Source of the DNA: Candidatus Bathyarchaeota archaeon
GTDB taxonomy: Archaea > Thermoproteota > Bathyarchaeia > 40CM-2-53-6
Assembly (NCBI GenBank): GCA_005888735.1
Contig: VBBN01000035.1
Location: forward strand, 75,671 to 139,670
Reading direction: 5' to 3'
DNA length: 64,000 nt
The notes below the pieces were generated by a model. It did not search any database. It saw only the letters and a list, made by a program, of their open reading frames with translations, and was not told the DNA's origin. Numbering within the stretch: position 1 is the first letter of the stretch; each line of letters begins with the position of its first letter. Shown here one piece after another: positions 40,124 through 50,664 of the stretch. The translations under genes were made by a program, and so were the position numbers.

Positions 40124-40957
40124 TTGGTCGACCTAATGCTTTTGGAATTGGGGGGGCTGGCGGGTTTTACCATCTTCCTAGGTCTTCCCGTGGCTCGGCT
40201 TAAGGGTCTCAGTACCGGCGTGAAAGGGTTTCTCAACGCGATTTCGATCGGGATTCTGTTGTTCTTGCTCGTGGAGGTGCTTCCTGTTGCCCGGGAAACC
40301 GTTGAAGGGGTTGTTCTCAGCTCGATAAGGGGAGCGAGCCCTCTTGGGGACGGATTCCTCTTCGTCGCAACGTTGTTGAGCGGTTTTGCTTTGGGGCTGA
40401 TGAGCCTTGTTTGGTACGAGAACAGGTTCGTCCGGGTTCCTGGCACTCCGCAGGAGCTTGCGGGGCTTGCTATTGCTCAGAATGGTAAGGGAGCCATTAA
40501 CGAGAAGGCTTCCCGCAGATTGGCGATGATGATTGCTGTTGGGCTCGGGGTGCACAATTTCAGCGAGGGGCTTGCTATTGGCTCTCAGTACGTCTCTGGT
40601 GCGCTCACGCTGGCTATTCTCCTCGTTGTGGGTTTTGGAGCACATAACGCTACGGAAGGGTTTGGCATAGCTGCCCCGTTGACTGGTACTAGGCCGAAGT
40701 GGAGCTTTCTATTACTCGCAGGCCTTGTAGGCGGAGGGCCGACTCTTATGGGCACGATTGTCGGCAGCGCTTTTGTTTCCCCAATTCTCTCGGTCCTATT
40801 CCTCTCGGTCGCGGGCGGAGCGCTTTTCTTTGTGATCATGACACTCTACGGAGCGGGCCGGAGACAGTCCACCAACCACATTCTCATGGTGGGTATTCTG
40901 CTCGGCTTCCTCGTCGGATACTTGACCGACTTGGTTCTGGTTGTCAGCGGTGTATGA
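40124..40957 (+). CDS. ZIP-family divalent metal transporter
   Basis: GVHNFSEGLAIG and GAHNATEGFGI motifs; about 8 TM helices. Confidence 0.93.
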   Translation: MVDLMLLELGGLAGFTIFLGLPVARLKGLSTGVKGFLNAISIGILLFLLVEVLPVARETVEGVVLSSIRGASPLGDGFLFVATLLSGFALGLMSLVWYENRFVRVPGTPQELAGLAIAQNGKGAINEKASRRLAMMIAVGLGVHNFSEGLAIGSQYVSGALTLAILLVVGFGAHNATEGFGIAAPLTGTRPKWSFLLLAGLVGGGPTLMGTIVGSAFVSPILSVLFLSVAGGALFFVIMTLYGAGRRQSTNHILMVGILLGFLVGYLTDLVLVVSGV

Positions 40958-41003
40958 ATCCAGGGGTCTTTGACTGATGTGCTTTGTTGGCCTAGATTGC
41001 AAT

Positions 41004-41190
41004 CAGATTCTCCTCTCTCGCGTCTCAAACGGCCGCGTCCGCACCCGGGCATTTTTTCAGGAACCCATTTTCTGTCTGGCATGGAGAATGAGCGATTTCC
41101 GGCTTACAGGGCGCATAATGGGCGAGTCTAGAGTTTTGAGATAGTGGCATCCGTTAGCACTTTCCTTCAGGCTGTCGAGGCGGGCGTTAG
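41004..41190 (-). repeat. Dispersed intergenic repeat A, copy 3
   Basis: Reverse complement carries all blocks of copy 2; shares CGTCTCAAACGGCCGCGTCCG exactly with copy 4. Confidence 0.9.
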
Positions 41191-41299
41191 TTGTTGTTAA
41201 CGGATTGCGATTCAGGGCTTGTTCTGGGGGATTTTTGGTTGACCCATGGCGATTAGAGATTCGATTTTCCGGAAGCTCATGCCCACAGCAGTATAGGAG

Positions 41300-41455
41300 T
41301 TACTTGGAACTCGGGTTGCTCAGAATCTTCCTTATCTGCTCGCTCACCCGTCGGCGCTCCTCGTCTGTCTTGGCCATCATCCACTGCAGCTTCAACTTAT
41401 GAACGGTAGGGGCCAAGTTGCGGTCTTGCTCACTTGTCGAGCCAAGCGCCGCCAT
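41300..41455 (-). CDS. Small helical hypothetical protein (51 aa)
   Basis: Manual translation MAALGSTSEQDRNLAPTVHKLKLQWMMAKTDEERRRVSEQIRKILSNPSSK*; TTATAT about 35-40 nt upstream. Confidence 0.5.
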   Translation of the reverse strand: MAALGSTSEQDRNLAPTVHKLKLQWMMAKTDEERRRVSEQIRKILSNPSSK

Positions 41456-41526
41456 AGTTGTCAACGCGGTGGTTTGGCCTGCTCTTTCCTGATATAACTG
41501 ATTCCAAACTCTCGAAGAGCTCGCAT

Positions 41527-42492
41527 CTAGAGGCCGATCACTGTTCCGATGACGAAGCCGAGGATGGAAAGGATACCGAAGCTCAGGTGGAGCATTATCG
41601 TGTTGGCATTCGCCGGGATTATCGCGTGGGGGTCCCTGTAGTTGGCCTTCAACACTTTCAACGCTTTCATTCCAATAGGAAGGGTTACTAGGACGATGAG
41701 TGTCACATAGCTGGTGACTGTCTGCTTCAAGAGGGGTTGGAGAAGGACATATGTAATGACGAGCAGGTACGACGCTCCAAGTAATGCTTTGAAGACCGTC
41801 ACAGATCGGAGATATCCTAGCCTCAAGACCAGCGTGAGCTTTCCGACCGCTTTGTCCGCATCCATATCTGGAAACTCGTTTACCCAGAGAACAGCCGCAA
41901 TGAGCAGGCCAATCGGAACGGAAGCCAGCAATGGCTCAAGTGCAAACTTGCCGGTTTGCACATAGTACGCTCCCAAGGTCATTACCGGCCCAAAATTCAA
42001 CCCTACGACGAATTCTCCGACCCCTCTGTAAGCCAACCTGAAAGGAGGGCCGACGTAGAAATACGAGGATACAACTCCTACTAGCCCAAGCCAGAACAAG
42101 TAGGTCAGCCCTTGGGCTAGAACAAAGTAGAGCCCAATTACGATCCCAAGAGCAAGGCAACCGGCAGACACCAGCAGGTGGGTGGAAGGCCTGACGAGCC
42201 CAGCTGTCAAGATCCTGCCCCCGCCAGCGAACGGATTCTGGTGCTTGACCCGAAGATCGTTTCCACTCTTGAAGTCGAAATAATCGTTGAGCATGTTAGT
42301 TGCGATATGAATCAGGCTCGCTCCGAGCAGAGTGAGAGCGAAGAACCCCCAGGAGAAGTGGCCGGCCTGCCAAGCGATGACTGAGCCGAGAACCACGGGG
42401 ATGAAAGTCGCCTGGAGGAATGGAACGCGCATCGTCTTCAGCCAGAGGGGGAGAAAGGGTGGTTTCTTGATCTTCGAACCATTATCTGTCAA
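41527..42492 (-). CDS. menA: 1,4-dihydroxy-2-naphthoate prenyltransferase (UbiA family)
   Basis: NMLNDYFDFKSGND, YVGPPFRLAYRGVGE, NEFPDMDADKAVGKLTL. Confidence 0.9.
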   Translation of the reverse strand: MTDNGSKIKKPPFLPLWLKTMRVPFLQATFIPVVLGSVIAWQAGHFSWGFFALTLLGASLIHIATNMLNDYFDFKSGNDLRVKHQNPFAGGGRILTAGLVRPSTHLLVSAGCLALGIVIGLYFVLAQGLTYLFWLGLVGVVSSYFYVGPPFRLAYRGVGEFVVGLNFGPVMTLGAYYVQTGKFALEPLLASVPIGLLIAAVLWVNEFPDMDADKAVGKLTLVLRLGYLRSVTVFKALLGASYLLVITYVLLQPLLKQTVTSYVTLIVLVTLPIGMKALKVLKANYRDPHAIIPANANTIMLHLSFGILSILGFVIGTVIGL

Positions 42493-42621
42493 ATCCCCGA
42501 CACCTCTTCTGAAATGGGCGCCGATTTGTCTGAGCCGATATAAGGGTTAACCCAGGCGTGCGACCTTGGAGGGCAAAAAGCTAAAGCATGTCGAGCTGAA
42601 AGTGGTGAAGCTACAGCAAAG

Positions 42622-44043
42622 TTGCTGGTTAAGGGCTTGACTGAAACGAGAGACGTTGTAGTTGTGGGGGCGGGAATTGCTGGCTGCATGGCAGCAGCCA
42701 CAATTGCCCTGAAGAGCAACGGAAAAGTCGACGTCCTCCTTCTCGACAGAAATACTCCTAGCGAGGTGGGGAAAAAGAACACCCTCGGATGGGTGTGTGG
42801 AGACGCTGTTGGGGAGCATCACATCAAGTATGTTCATGAGCGCACCGGGTTGAGCTATGGCCTCCCTGAGATGGAGAACCATGTGACCGCGGTCTACGTC
42901 TTCTCACCTGACATGAAAGTCAGAGTTCCCTTCGAGGGGCCCGGGTTTGTTCTGGACCGTCCCAAGTTTGGGCGGAAACTCCTTGACGATGCTTTGAAGG
43001 CTGGAGTTGACTATCGAGGAAATGTCCAAGCAACCGGTCTAATCGCTGAGTCGGGAAAAATCGTAGGCCTCGAAGGCCAAACTGCTGGAACGGGGGCCAA
43101 CGAACAGTTCGAGATCAGAACGAAGCTAATTATTGACACCTCGGGAATGTCCACGAAACTCCGCAGAAACCTTCCCATCCCAAGTTATATCGAGAAGGAT
43201 ATTGACAAAGACGATGTAGAACCGACCGCAAGACTGAACGCGCGATTGCGGGACGGCGTCGAAGTTGAGACTAGCCACTGCGACATCTACCTTGATCAAG
43301 AGAAAGCCCCCGGCGGATACCTTTGGCTCTTCCCCAAAGCAGGAGACAAAGTGAACATCGGCCTGGGCATTCAGCAGAAGAGGACGCACAAACCTCTAAA
43401 CGCGCTTCTCAAAGATTGGATTGCTACAGACCCTCGGTTCCAGGAAATGCAACCATTGAGCGATGACAGCAATCTAAGTGGCGCTTGGCAAGTCTCCGTC
43501 CGACATCAAAACGACTGCTTGGTAGCGAATGGCTACATGGTCTGCGGAGACGCAGCTTGGTTCCCCAACCCGATAAGCGCAGGCGGCATCGGACCCGGGC
43601 TCATCGGCGGAGTCATGGCCGGAGAAACTGCAGTGCGAGCGATGGAGGCGAACGACTTCACCGAGAAACAACTATGGCAGTACAATGTCGACTTCGTCCA
43701 GCACTATGGAAACAAGACTGCCGGGCTGGAAGCGTTTCGGTTGTATCTTCAAACGCTGAACAACAGCGAGATCAACTACGGCATGAGACACTTCCTGTCG
43801 GCAAAGGAGGCGACCGGCATGTCGCTAGGTGAGATGCCGGAGCTGTCGCCCGTTCAGAAGCTTACCAAACTGTTCCAGGGCCTCGGCTCCTACAGGGCGT
43901 TCCGAGGTTTACTGTACACGATGGACAAGATGAAGAAGCTCAACCAACTCTATCAGGACTATCCCAAAGAACCCTCCGGCTTCGAAGCTTGGAAGCGCCA
44001 GGTCGACTCTATTCTCCAAGATGTAAGAATGCGTTTCAATTGA
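42622..44043 (+). CDS. Geranylgeranyl reductase family (digeranylgeranylglycerophospholipid reductase-like)
   Basis: VVVGAGIAG, VCGDAV, LDRPKF, APGGYLWLFPK, GDAA...NPISAGGI. Confidence 0.92.
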   Translation: MLVKGLTETRDVVVVGAGIAGCMAAATIALKSNGKVDVLLLDRNTPSEVGKKNTLGWVCGDAVGEHHIKYVHERTGLSYGLPEMENHVTAVYVFSPDMKVRVPFEGPGFVLDRPKFGRKLLDDALKAGVDYRGNVQATGLIAESGKIVGLEGQTAGTGANEQFEIRTKLIIDTSGMSTKLRRNLPIPSYIEKDIDKDDVEPTARLNARLRDGVEVETSHCDIYLDQEKAPGGYLWLFPKAGDKVNIGLGIQQKRTHKPLNALLKDWIATDPRFQEMQPLSDDSNLSGAWQVSVRHQNDCLVANGYMVCGDAAWFPNPISAGGIGPGLIGGVMAGETAVRAMEANDFTEKQLWQYNVDFVQHYGNKTAGLEAFRLYLQTLNNSEINYGMRHFLSAKEATGMSLGEMPELSPVQKLTKLFQGLGSYRAFRGLLYTMDKMKKLNQLYQDYPKEPSGFEAWKRQVDSILQDVRMRFN

Positions 44044-44119
44044 CAGCGTTACCTTCGGGAAACGCTTTCTGGAAAATAGTCAATAAATAGGACGCGAGGG
44101 CTCAGGCTATCTGGATTAG

Positions 44120-44683
44120 ATGCCTTCTAACAACCTGAGCCCTAGTTTCAACACAGGCCCCTCTGATGGAGAGGAGCTTGTAATGAACATGCTATCCTCA
44201 GAAACCGATGCTACATACAGTTTCCAAGGCATGAAACGGAGGCTCGGGCTGCACCAAGAAAAGTTGACTCGCATCCTCAAGAGGTTGGAAGATGACAATC
44301 TTGTCACGAGGACCGATGACGGCTACAAAGTCCTAGCTCCTCCTCGGAGAAAGGCGCGTCATCTAGTTGACGGTGAACCAGTGATCCGAGGTCACCTCCC
44401 GCCGGGCATCGACGCTGAGAGCTTTACAGGCAGTCTCAAGGGACGCTGGTTCAAGAACTTCCGATGGCTGGGTTACTCGAATGGTGAAACTGGCCAATCG
44501 CTCTACTGGATCACAGAAGATGGAAGGTTCCAAGTGAGGGTCTTACTGTCCCCGGGAGAGATCCTGGTCTGGTCCCAGGCCACCGAAGAGAAAGAGGCTG
44601 GTTCGCCAGTGGCTATCGCCGCAGGCTACGAGCTTTTTGACCGAGTTAGCCGGATGCTTCCTGAGACCGGAGAGTTCAGCTAA
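44120..44683 (+). CDS. Winged-helix domain protein
   Basis: YSFQGMKRRLGLHQEKLTRILKRLEDDNLV wHTH plus an uncharacterised C-terminal domain. Confidence 0.75.
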   Translation: MPSNNLSPSFNTGPSDGEELVMNMLSSETDATYSFQGMKRRLGLHQEKLTRILKRLEDDNLVTRTDDGYKVLAPPRRKARHLVDGEPVIRGHLPPGIDAESFTGSLKGRWFKNFRWLGYSNGETGQSLYWITEDGRFQVRVLLSPGEILVWSQATEEKEAGSPVAIAAGYELFDRVSRMLPETGEFS

Positions 44684-45047
44684 GCACCAGCCGGGTTTGC
44701 AACAATGGTGACTGGGTAGACTATTCCCCAGTCAATATTCGAGACCCATTGAATATTGTAAAACAGAGATCTTGCGAATGATACAGGGAAGTAAGACGAA
44801 GCGTAGAATGATCAGCATGCTCAAAGTGGACTGGCAGCCCATGGAGCGACACCCACGACCGTTGCGGAGGAGACGGCCGGAGGAAATGCCCATGATGAGA
44901 GCTGGGGCGCAACCTCGACCCCCCGAGACATTCTAGAATCCAGCTTTCACGTCTCGAATCTCAACCGGTCGCTTGTCTCCTGTGTTCTTCACGCTTCATT
45001 CAAGTCTTGCTCGAACTCTCTCGCCGCACCCTGCCGTCCGAATATTG

Positions 45048-45536
45048 CTATGCCACTCGGAAGAGCAGCCAGTTCTTGTCCTTGAAATTGACCAGCCGAT
45101 AGTCTCCCTCTAGTTTTCTCCCTTTGAGGAGAATGTGATACTTGCCCGGCTCTCTCAGGAGAAGTACGTACCTGCCTTTGTCCCAGACCTTGACGGTTCC
45201 TCCCCCGTACTGCCCTTTCGGAATCTCTCCTTCGAAATCGACATAGCTTAACGGATGATCTTCGACCTCGACAGCCAACCTCTTCACCTTCAATTCGGTC
45301 GGAACCCCTCGTGGGACTGCCCAGCTCTTCAACACACCATCAAGCTCCAAACGAAAGTCCCAGTGAAGGCGCCTAGCATGATGCTCCTGAACAACAAACC
45401 GTTGAGTCTCCACACTAGGCTCTGAAGCGCCTAACACTTTAGGACGTTTCCGAAATTGTGAGACAGGACCTTTCCTAGGCACGTTTTTGAGGCTAGCCCG
45501 CCTAGATTTAATGTCAGGCGACGAAGGACGGAACAT
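45048..45536 (-). CDS. Stand-alone LigD 3'-phosphoesterase (PE) domain protein
   Basis: FVVQEHHARRLHWDFRLELDGVLKSWAVP, RLAVEVEDHPLSY.DFEG.IP.G.YGGG.V.VWD.G. Start probably downstream of 45536. Confidence 0.93.
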   Translation of the reverse strand: MFRPSSPDIKSRRASLKNVPRKGPVSQFRKRPKVLGASEPSVETQRFVVQEHHARRLHWDFRLELDGVLKSWAVPRGVPTELKVKRLAVEVEDHPLSYVDFEGEIPKGQYGGGTVKVWDKGRYVLLLREPGKYHILLKGRKLEGDYRLVNFKDKNWLLFRVA

Positions 45537-45547
45537 TCTGCTAGAAG

Positions 45548-47395
45548 ATGCTGTCAGTGAGACCTAAACCTGCTGCGATCGCCATCATCGGAATCCTGAT
45601 TTTAGGAGTCGCCCTCTCCGCCAGTCTGCATCTTGTTCCACTACCCCCGAAGACCTACGCAGCTACTCACTATATCACCCTGAACGGCTCGGCGGCGAAG
45701 GGGTGGAACGATACCGTCCCAGGCCCAATCATAAACGTCACGGAAAACGATTCAGTTATCATGACCCTCACTAGCACTGACACACCTACGCCTGCACCTC
45801 ATCAACTCTACATCGACACTAACGGAAACTTCAACCCTGCCAGCGACTGTGTTTCGGGCATCGACAAATGTTCGATGTTTTTTGGAGACACCCATCCAAA
45901 TCCAGTCACGTACTCTTTCAACGTGGACCTTCCCCCTGGGACCTATACGTATTATTGTTCCGTCCATCAATTCATGGTGGGCACGTTTGCGGTAAAAGGT
46001 TTCAGGATTCTTTCTTCCCCGAATTCGACCGCAGTCGTGCGAGGTTCTTCAAAAATGTCCACTATTACACTTACGAGTGTCAACGGATTCACAGGCACAG
46101 CGAGCCTGTCTACAATCTCATCTTCAGCTGGGCTCCTCACCTCACTCAATTCTAGCAGCGTATCGCTAGCGCCTGGAGGAACGTCTGCCGTCTCACTCAC
46201 AGTTAACGTCAACTCGACCACTGCAGTAGGGACATACAATGTTCTTGTGAACGCCACAATCGGCTTCATCTCCCACACTACCAGTGTGGCCGTCGATGTG
46301 AAAAAACCAGGGTTTAGTCTCAGCCCGAACCCCGCACAACTGGTCATACTGCAAGGTTTCTCCAAGTCAACGCGCATCACCCTGACAAGCCTGAACACTT
46401 TCAATGGAACCGTTAGCCTCTCAGCAAGCCCCCAGTACCCGGGAATCACAACTGCCTTTGTTCCTCCAAACGTGACACTCAACAAGGGACTATCGCCAGC
46501 AGCATCTGTCTTGAACGTGACCGTCGCGCCTTCCGTCATCGCAGGCGAATACGACCTCACGTTAACTGGCACGGGAATTTCCGATACAAACACTACCCTC
46601 GTGAAACTTGTTGTGGGACAAGACTTCAATCTCACCGCCAACCCTCCGGAGCTGACATTCCCACAGGGCTCGTTTGCAACCTCGAGAATTACACTAGCTA
46701 GCTTGAACGGTTTGAAGGGAAACATCAGCCTGTCCTCTGGAGGCACGCCGATTGGGCTAGCGATTTCATTCAACACGACATCGGTGAACCTTTCACCCGG
46801 TCAAACGGCTTACGCTTCTGTCACAATCTCAGCATCACAATCGGCAGCCCCCAAGGCATACAACGTGACTGTCACTGGGACAAATAGCACTCGGGTTCGG
46901 TCGGTCAATCTGAGCATAACAATTTCAGGGTTCGCAATCAAGACCTCTAAAGCCTCGTTCGACTTGATGCAAGGCTCAAGAGGGAACTCCACGATCACGT
47001 TAACAAGCGTTAACGGCTTCACTGGAATGATGAATCTAGCCGTTACAGGAAGCTCAGCCTTGACGCATTCTCTTACACCGTCACTGGCATCCCTGATTGC
47101 AAACAAAAACCTCACTGCAACCCTAGTGTTTTACGCTAATGCCAGTACGGGCATTACTCAGCCAGGGTCTTATGTCTTCAATGTGACTGGAACTGTTGGC
47201 TCACTGTCCCACTCGACAACAGTCACTGTTACCGTGACGGCATTGCCTCCTCCCCCCAAAATCTCTGGGGACTTTCCAATCGCGGTCGTTGCCGGAACCG
47301 TCGTATCTATGGTCGCTATTGTCTCTGTCATCCTGTTTCTAACAAAACGAAGGCGAATCAAGAGGAGAAATCTGTCGGTCCCTCCGACGAACTGA
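45548..47395 (+). CDS. Cell-surface protein: cupredoxin domain + four Ig-like repeats + C-terminal TM anchor
   Basis: Signal/TM N-terminus; PHQL...YYCSVHQFMVG type-1 copper ligands; four ~100-aa repeats containing ITL(T/A)S(V/L)N; TM helix followed by KRRR. Confidence 0.85.
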   Translation: MLSVRPKPAAIAIIGILILGVALSASLHLVPLPPKTYAATHYITLNGSAAKGWNDTVPGPIINVTENDSVIMTLTSTDTPTPAPHQLYIDTNGNFNPASDCVSGIDKCSMFFGDTHPNPVTYSFNVDLPPGTYTYYCSVHQFMVGTFAVKGFRILSSPNSTAVVRGSSKMSTITLTSVNGFTGTASLSTISSSAGLLTSLNSSSVSLAPGGTSAVSLTVNVNSTTAVGTYNVLVNATIGFISHTTSVAVDVKKPGFSLSPNPAQLVILQGFSKSTRITLTSLNTFNGTVSLSASPQYPGITTAFVPPNVTLNKGLSPAASVLNVTVAPSVIAGEYDLTLTGTGISDTNTTLVKLVVGQDFNLTANPPELTFPQGSFATSRITLASLNGLKGNISLSSGGTPIGLAISFNTTSVNLSPGQTAYASVTISASQSAAPKAYNVTVTGTNSTRVRSVNLSITISGFAIKTSKASFDLMQGSRGNSTITLTSVNGFTGMMNLAVTGSSALTHSLTPSLASLIANKNLTATLVFYANASTGITQPGSYVFNVTGTVGSLSHSTTVTVTVTALPPPPKISGDFPIAVVAGTVVSMVAIVSVILFLTKRRRIKRRNLSVPPTN

Positions 47396-48026
47396 CGCGC
47401 CTGGCTCGTTCAAGAAAGTGGTACAAGAAGGCCGACAAACCTGTCGCGCCTGTGATGCCTGCCAGAAGCGCGAGAGAGCCCAACCCTGGGTTTACGATCA
47501 ATGCGAAGTTGCTGAACGGCCCCAAAGCTGCAGAGCCACAGATTAGACAGAATGGTAGACGGGTCAGGGTCGGGTTGCTGAAAAACAGCCGGCGTCCCAG
47601 GTCTAGCATTAGTAATGCGAGACCTTCAGACATGAGAATGTAACAAATCGTGAAAGGCAGTAGAGAGGCCGCCCCTGCTTCTATGGCAGAGGCCACGAAC
47701 GGGTTGAGCTCGACAACTCCTACGCTGGTTCTCACCCCTACCAAGGTGAGAGAGATATCCGTGACGGCTAAGAGTATCGGAGTTGTGAAAACCCAGCCTC
47801 CCCGGTGGTTCAGTATATCCTGGAGACTTTCAACGTCACCCTGAATGATCCAAAGCCCAGCGGCAGAAGAGATGACTCCTGTCAGCAGGACCAAGAGAAC
47901 CCCTTGAGAGCTCGTCTGGAACAAGCCTGGGGCAAGAACACTGAAAGAAGCGATTAGCTGGCTTGACAGCACCCAATATACTCCGGAGCCGGTGAGCGTA
48001 AGAGCAACACCGTCTGGAAAATGCAT
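47358..48026 (-). CDS. Hypothetical membrane protein
   Basis: About 7 TM helices; DISLTLVG...ELNP motif reminiscent of DUF5658. Confidence 0.7.
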   Translation of the reverse strand: MHFPDGVALTLTGSGVYWVLSSQLIASFSVLAPGLFQTSSQGVLLVLLTGVISSAAGLWIIQGDVESLQDILNHRGGWVFTTPILLAVTDISLTLVGVRTSVGVVELNPFVASAIEAGAASLLPFTICYILMSEGLALLMLDLGRRLFFSNPTLTRLPFCLICGSAALGPFSNFALIVNPGLGSLALLAGITGATGLSAFLYHFLERARRVSSSEGPTDFSS

Positions 48027-49282
48027 TAGAAGAGTGGTCCTTCTTCCTGCGTTGGGATGAGCCCCTGTGGTTCCAAGGGCGTCTCAATTGGGTGCGATAG
48101 AAGCTCAGCCGGTTGAGCAGTTGACCGAGGCCTTAGGAGGCGCAGTCCCACAGATGCAGCCAAGGAACTTACCAGGGTCGCCAGTCCTGCAAGCGGATAG
48201 AGGACCTGGGACGCCAAGCTTAAGCCAGTTCCCTCCCGAGCGACAATGAAGGAGAATTCTCCCCTTGGCAACATGGAGACTCCAACTCGACTTGAATTGC
48301 TTCCGACCCTAGAGAGTTTCGCTCCGGCCCAAGCCCCGACAAACTTGCCTAGAATCGCCATGGAAACAATGGCAACGATGGGGAAGGTGACAGAAACAAG
48401 CGCTCCGATATTGATCAGTGTTCCCATTGAAACAAAAAATAGGACGACGAACAGGTCTTTAATTGGGCCAATTTTGTCAGAGATGAACCTCGCCTGATTT
48501 CCTCTAATCATCAGCCCCATAAGGAACGCACCGACCGCTGGTGAGAAGCCAAGATAGGAGGATAGTATCGCAAAGGCAAAACCGAAAGAAAGAGCGAGCA
48601 GAAACGCGGTCTCCTGATTTTCCTCTCTCTTCCCACCAACACGTTGGATCAAAATGGGGGCTGCCTTCCAGCCGAATGCCAGAATGACGCCTACCAGGAT
48701 CAAGCCTTTGACGACGAAAAGCTCTACGTCAGTAATTGGAACCTTACTATTCGCCACGACGAGACCTGGAAGGAGCAGTAGGATGAACACCGTGGCAAAA
48801 TCCTCGATGACAGATGCAGTAAGGACCAGATGGGACTCGGAAGCTCTCAAACTCTTTGATTCTATGAGCAACTTCCCCATTATGGCGGTGCTAGTTGTTG
48901 AAACGATGACTCCGGCGAAGACTGACCCTAGGTAGCCAAGGCCAACCAAAATCCCGACAGTAAACACCGAAAGAAAGGTGACGGAGAATTCCACGAGAGC
49001 GAGGAGGAGGCTGCCCCCTCCCACGCGTAGAATCTCGGCTGGGTCCAGCTCCAAGCCAACTGTAAAGAGGAGAAGGATGATTCCTAGGGAAGCAAGAAGG
49101 TTAAGACTGTTGATGTCCTGAACAAGACCTAGGCCAAATGGACCAACAATCATGCCTGCGAGAAGCTGCCCGATCACAACTGGCAGTTTGAGTTTCGAGA
49201 ATAGAACGCTGAAACCTAAGGCGGCGAAGATTGTGATACCGATTGTAAGAAGAAGGTCGAACTCAGAGCTGGATGCCAACAT
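48026..49282 (-). CDS. CPA2-family cation:proton antiporter
   Basis: GMIVGP, LLFTVGLE, STTSTAI, VIEDF, GAFLMG, LFFVSMG, PRGEFSFI. Confidence 0.93.
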   Translation of the reverse strand: MLASSSEFDLLLTIGITIFAALGFSVLFSKLKLPVVIGQLLAGMIVGPFGLGLVQDINSLNLLASLGIILLLFTVGLELDPAEILRVGGGSLLLALVEFSVTFLSVFTVGILVGLGYLGSVFAGVIVSTTSTAIMGKLLIESKSLRASESHLVLTASVIEDFATVFILLLLPGLVVANSKVPITDVELFVVKGLILVGVILAFGWKAAPILIQRVGGKREENQETAFLLALSFGFAFAILSSYLGFSPAVGAFLMGLMIRGNQARFISDKIGPIKDLFVVLFFVSMGTLINIGALVSVTFPIVAIVSMAILGKFVGAWAGAKLSRVGSNSSRVGVSMLPRGEFSFIVAREGTGLSLASQVLYPLAGLATLVSSLAASVGLRLLRPRSTAQPAELLSHPIETPLEPQGLIPTQEEGPLF

Positions 49283-49439
49283 ACCACCGGTTGCTCATGT
49301 TGAGCGCTTCACTGAGGCTCGCAGCCAGTTTAGCGCTTTGAACCCGGAACCTACGACCCTCGGTTTCAACCACTAAGGTTTTGTGACCGAGTTCTGCAAA
49401 ACCTGCTCTTTATCCCCAACCCACTACACTAATGCTACC

Positions 49440-50399
49440 ATGTCAAAACAACCACGAATCTCTGTCGAAAGAGCAAGAACACTACTCAAGGAATACTCGG
49501 AAGCACTCGAGGTACTCGCTGAAGCTACCTCAAAGTCGGTCGTCCGCGTTGGGCCCCAAGGCGATTGGGGCTGGCATGGAGGAGGAACAGGCTTCGTATC
49601 AGGGCCTGATGGCCTGGTTGCCACAGCAGACCATGTAGTTAGACGCACACGGACTCCCAAAGTCAGCCTTCAGGACGGCAAGTCCTTCGAAGCGAAAGTC
49701 GTCGGCCGGGACCCTTTTACGGACGTCGCGGTCTTGAAAGTTGACTCCCCTACCCTTGAACCATTGCCGTTCGGAGACTCAGAACGACTAAAGCTAGGAC
49801 AGCTAGTACTAGCCGTGTCCAACCCAAGAGGCCTGCAACCTTCTGTCACTGCTGGCATAGTCAGCGGTGTTGGAAGATCATTCCAAGGATGGTGGGGCAG
49901 AAACATAGAGAACACGGTGATCTCCGACATAGCTCTCTATCCCGGAAGCTCCGGAGGACCCTTGGTAAACTCTGACGGTCAGGTCGTAGGCATGAACATA
50001 GCAACCTTCCCGCCAGCCAGGAGCATCTCGGTTCCATCGAAGACGGTGAAAACAGTCATTGACCAGCTAGTGACGGAAGGCCGAGTAAGAAGAGCCTACC
50101 TCGGAATTGCCGGTCAGCCAGTTCAGCTATCAACAAGACTCGCACAGAAAACGGGACTGTCACAGGACAGTGGAATAATGCTGTACTCAGTCGAGGACGA
50201 AAGCCCAGCGGACAAAGCCCATCTCAACATGGGAGATATTCTAGTCAGCTTTGCAGGAAAACCAGTGGAAGACCTCGACGATCTTCACAGAACTCTCATG
50301 TCCGACCAAATAGGCAAACCCGTTCAAGTTGAAGTGCTGCGCGGCGGCCAGAAGCTTGACCTAACCGTCACTCCCAGCGAACTTCCCAGCCGGCCATAA
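49440..50399 (+). CDS. HtrA-like trypsin serine protease with PDZ domain (no signal peptide)
   Basis: Triad ATADHV / DVAVLKV / PGSSGGPL; RAYLGI PDZ domain. Confidence 0.92.
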   Translation: MSKQPRISVERARTLLKEYSEALEVLAEATSKSVVRVGPQGDWGWHGGGTGFVSGPDGLVATADHVVRRTRTPKVSLQDGKSFEAKVVGRDPFTDVAVLKVDSPTLEPLPFGDSERLKLGQLVLAVSNPRGLQPSVTAGIVSGVGRSFQGWWGRNIENTVISDIALYPGSSGGPLVNSDGQVVGMNIATFPPARSISVPSKTVKTVIDQLVTEGRVRRAYLGIAGQPVQLSTRLAQKTGLSQDSGIMLYSVEDESPADKAHLNMGDILVSFAGKPVEDLDDLHRTLMSDQIGKPVQVEVLRGGQKLDLTVTPSELPSRP

Positions 50400-50664
50400 G
50401 CCTACAAGGCAAACGCTGCTCTATCCCGCCCCAGCGGTTTTTCCGTTGGGAACCTTTTTTTGAGCCCGACTCTCGGATTTGAGAGTCTTCTCCAAGAAGC
50501 TTCCGGTAAGTACCGGCCACCTCAATCAGCCGCTCAATGAACGCGGAGAGAGCTGGCGACTCCGAACACCGTATATAAGAGCCGTAGAATTTTTTCCATG
50601 AGAAAAGTAGGCGACCATTATATTCTCGATACATAGCTGAAACTGAACTGAAGCTAAGCTAGAC

